Positions 63,521-64,000 of a stretch of 64,000 nucleotides of DNA are shown here, piece by piece. A program made the translations under genes and the position numbers. Positions within the stretch are counted from its first letter, which is position 1. Each line of letters starts with the position of its first letter. Below the pieces are notes generated by a model that saw nothing but the letters and a program-made list of their open reading frames with translations, was not told the origin of the DNA and ran no database searches. The stretch is from Amphiscolops sp. MND2022 (taxonomy: Eukaryota). The stretch lies in NCBI GenBank assembly GCA_964187785.1, contig OZ076409.1, positions 18,974,001-19,038,000 on the forward strand, read 5' to 3'.

Positions 63521-63594
63521 TACCGAAGGCGCTTCGCGTGTATTAGTTATTTTTCATCGATTTCAATTTTTTATTTTTGTTATATTGGAAAAAA

Positions 63595-63925
63595 AATTTT
63601 CGCACCTGTTTTGGCACCTGGTAATTAGGGGGTTATTTTTAGAGAAAACGTTCAGAAATAAAATACAGCAACGCTGGCTTCGCATGTGTGTATCTTTTAA
63701 TTATCTACAACTTTTGTTTCTGTGGACTTTCTCTAAAATCCTCTCCCGTTGAGATTTTGAGCAAATTTTAATTTCCCATGTATTAATAACTTACAAGAAC
63801 TAGAACAACTTCATTCTCAACAGCTGCAAAAAGAGCCAAAAAATTGTCAGTGAGAAAAATTTTGCCAAAATTTCTGCCAGCAATTTTATTTTTGCCAAAA
63901 ATTTTGCCAGGTTGGCACAAATTCT
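63595..63925 (-). repeat. Right terminal inverted repeat of the Polinton
   Basis: Inverted match to 49975-50260. Confidence 0.88.
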
Positions 63926-64000
63926 CATTACAGTGCATAGGCAAGCCATTTTGCTGCTTGTCGTGGAATCCGCGACGCGAAAATTCTCATGCTTGTCCGT

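Larger units (their letters stand above)
49975..63925. mobile_element. Decayed Polinton/Maverick (adintovirus-like) endogenous viral element, ~14 kb
   Basis: ~290-bp inverted repeats at ~49975-50260 and ~63595-63925 enclose pPolB, major and minor capsid, integrase, ATPases and an adenain-like protease. AT-rich and intronless. Exact ends and TSD not resolved. Confidence 0.92.

Overview
Eukaryotic (metazoan, probably invertebrate) nuclear DNA: short GT-AG introns, a 200-N assembly gap, and dense transposons. The first ~11 kb holds host genes on the minus strand: the 5' eight exons of nicastrin, an intronless 496-aa ORF with a possible N-terminal OB fold, and an intronless C16orf89/UPF0764-like ORF. 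From 12 to 32 kb there are decayed elements: a CR1-group LINE interrupted by two nested 9-bp-TSD Mutator-like elements, hAT, CRE, Penelope, I/Jockey-like LINE and Gypsy remnants. 32725-48417 is a complete, mildly decayed 15.7-kb Ty3/Gypsy element (2.1-kb LTRs, 5-bp TSD CTGCG). It carries a ~5-kb accessory cassette: an antisense, multi-intron gene that resembles a catalytically dead hAT transposase, and a divergent acidic ORF with a SUMO-interacting-like motif. About 49975-63925 is a decayed ~14-kb Polinton/Maverick (adintovirus-like) element with TIRs, pPolB, capsids, integrase, protease and two ATPases. It contains about 20 tiny (16- and 19-bp) GC-rich double-hairpin insertions at TA sites that add 18 or 21 nt and so keep reading frames intact. 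All protein assignments are motif recognition by eye; no searches were run.
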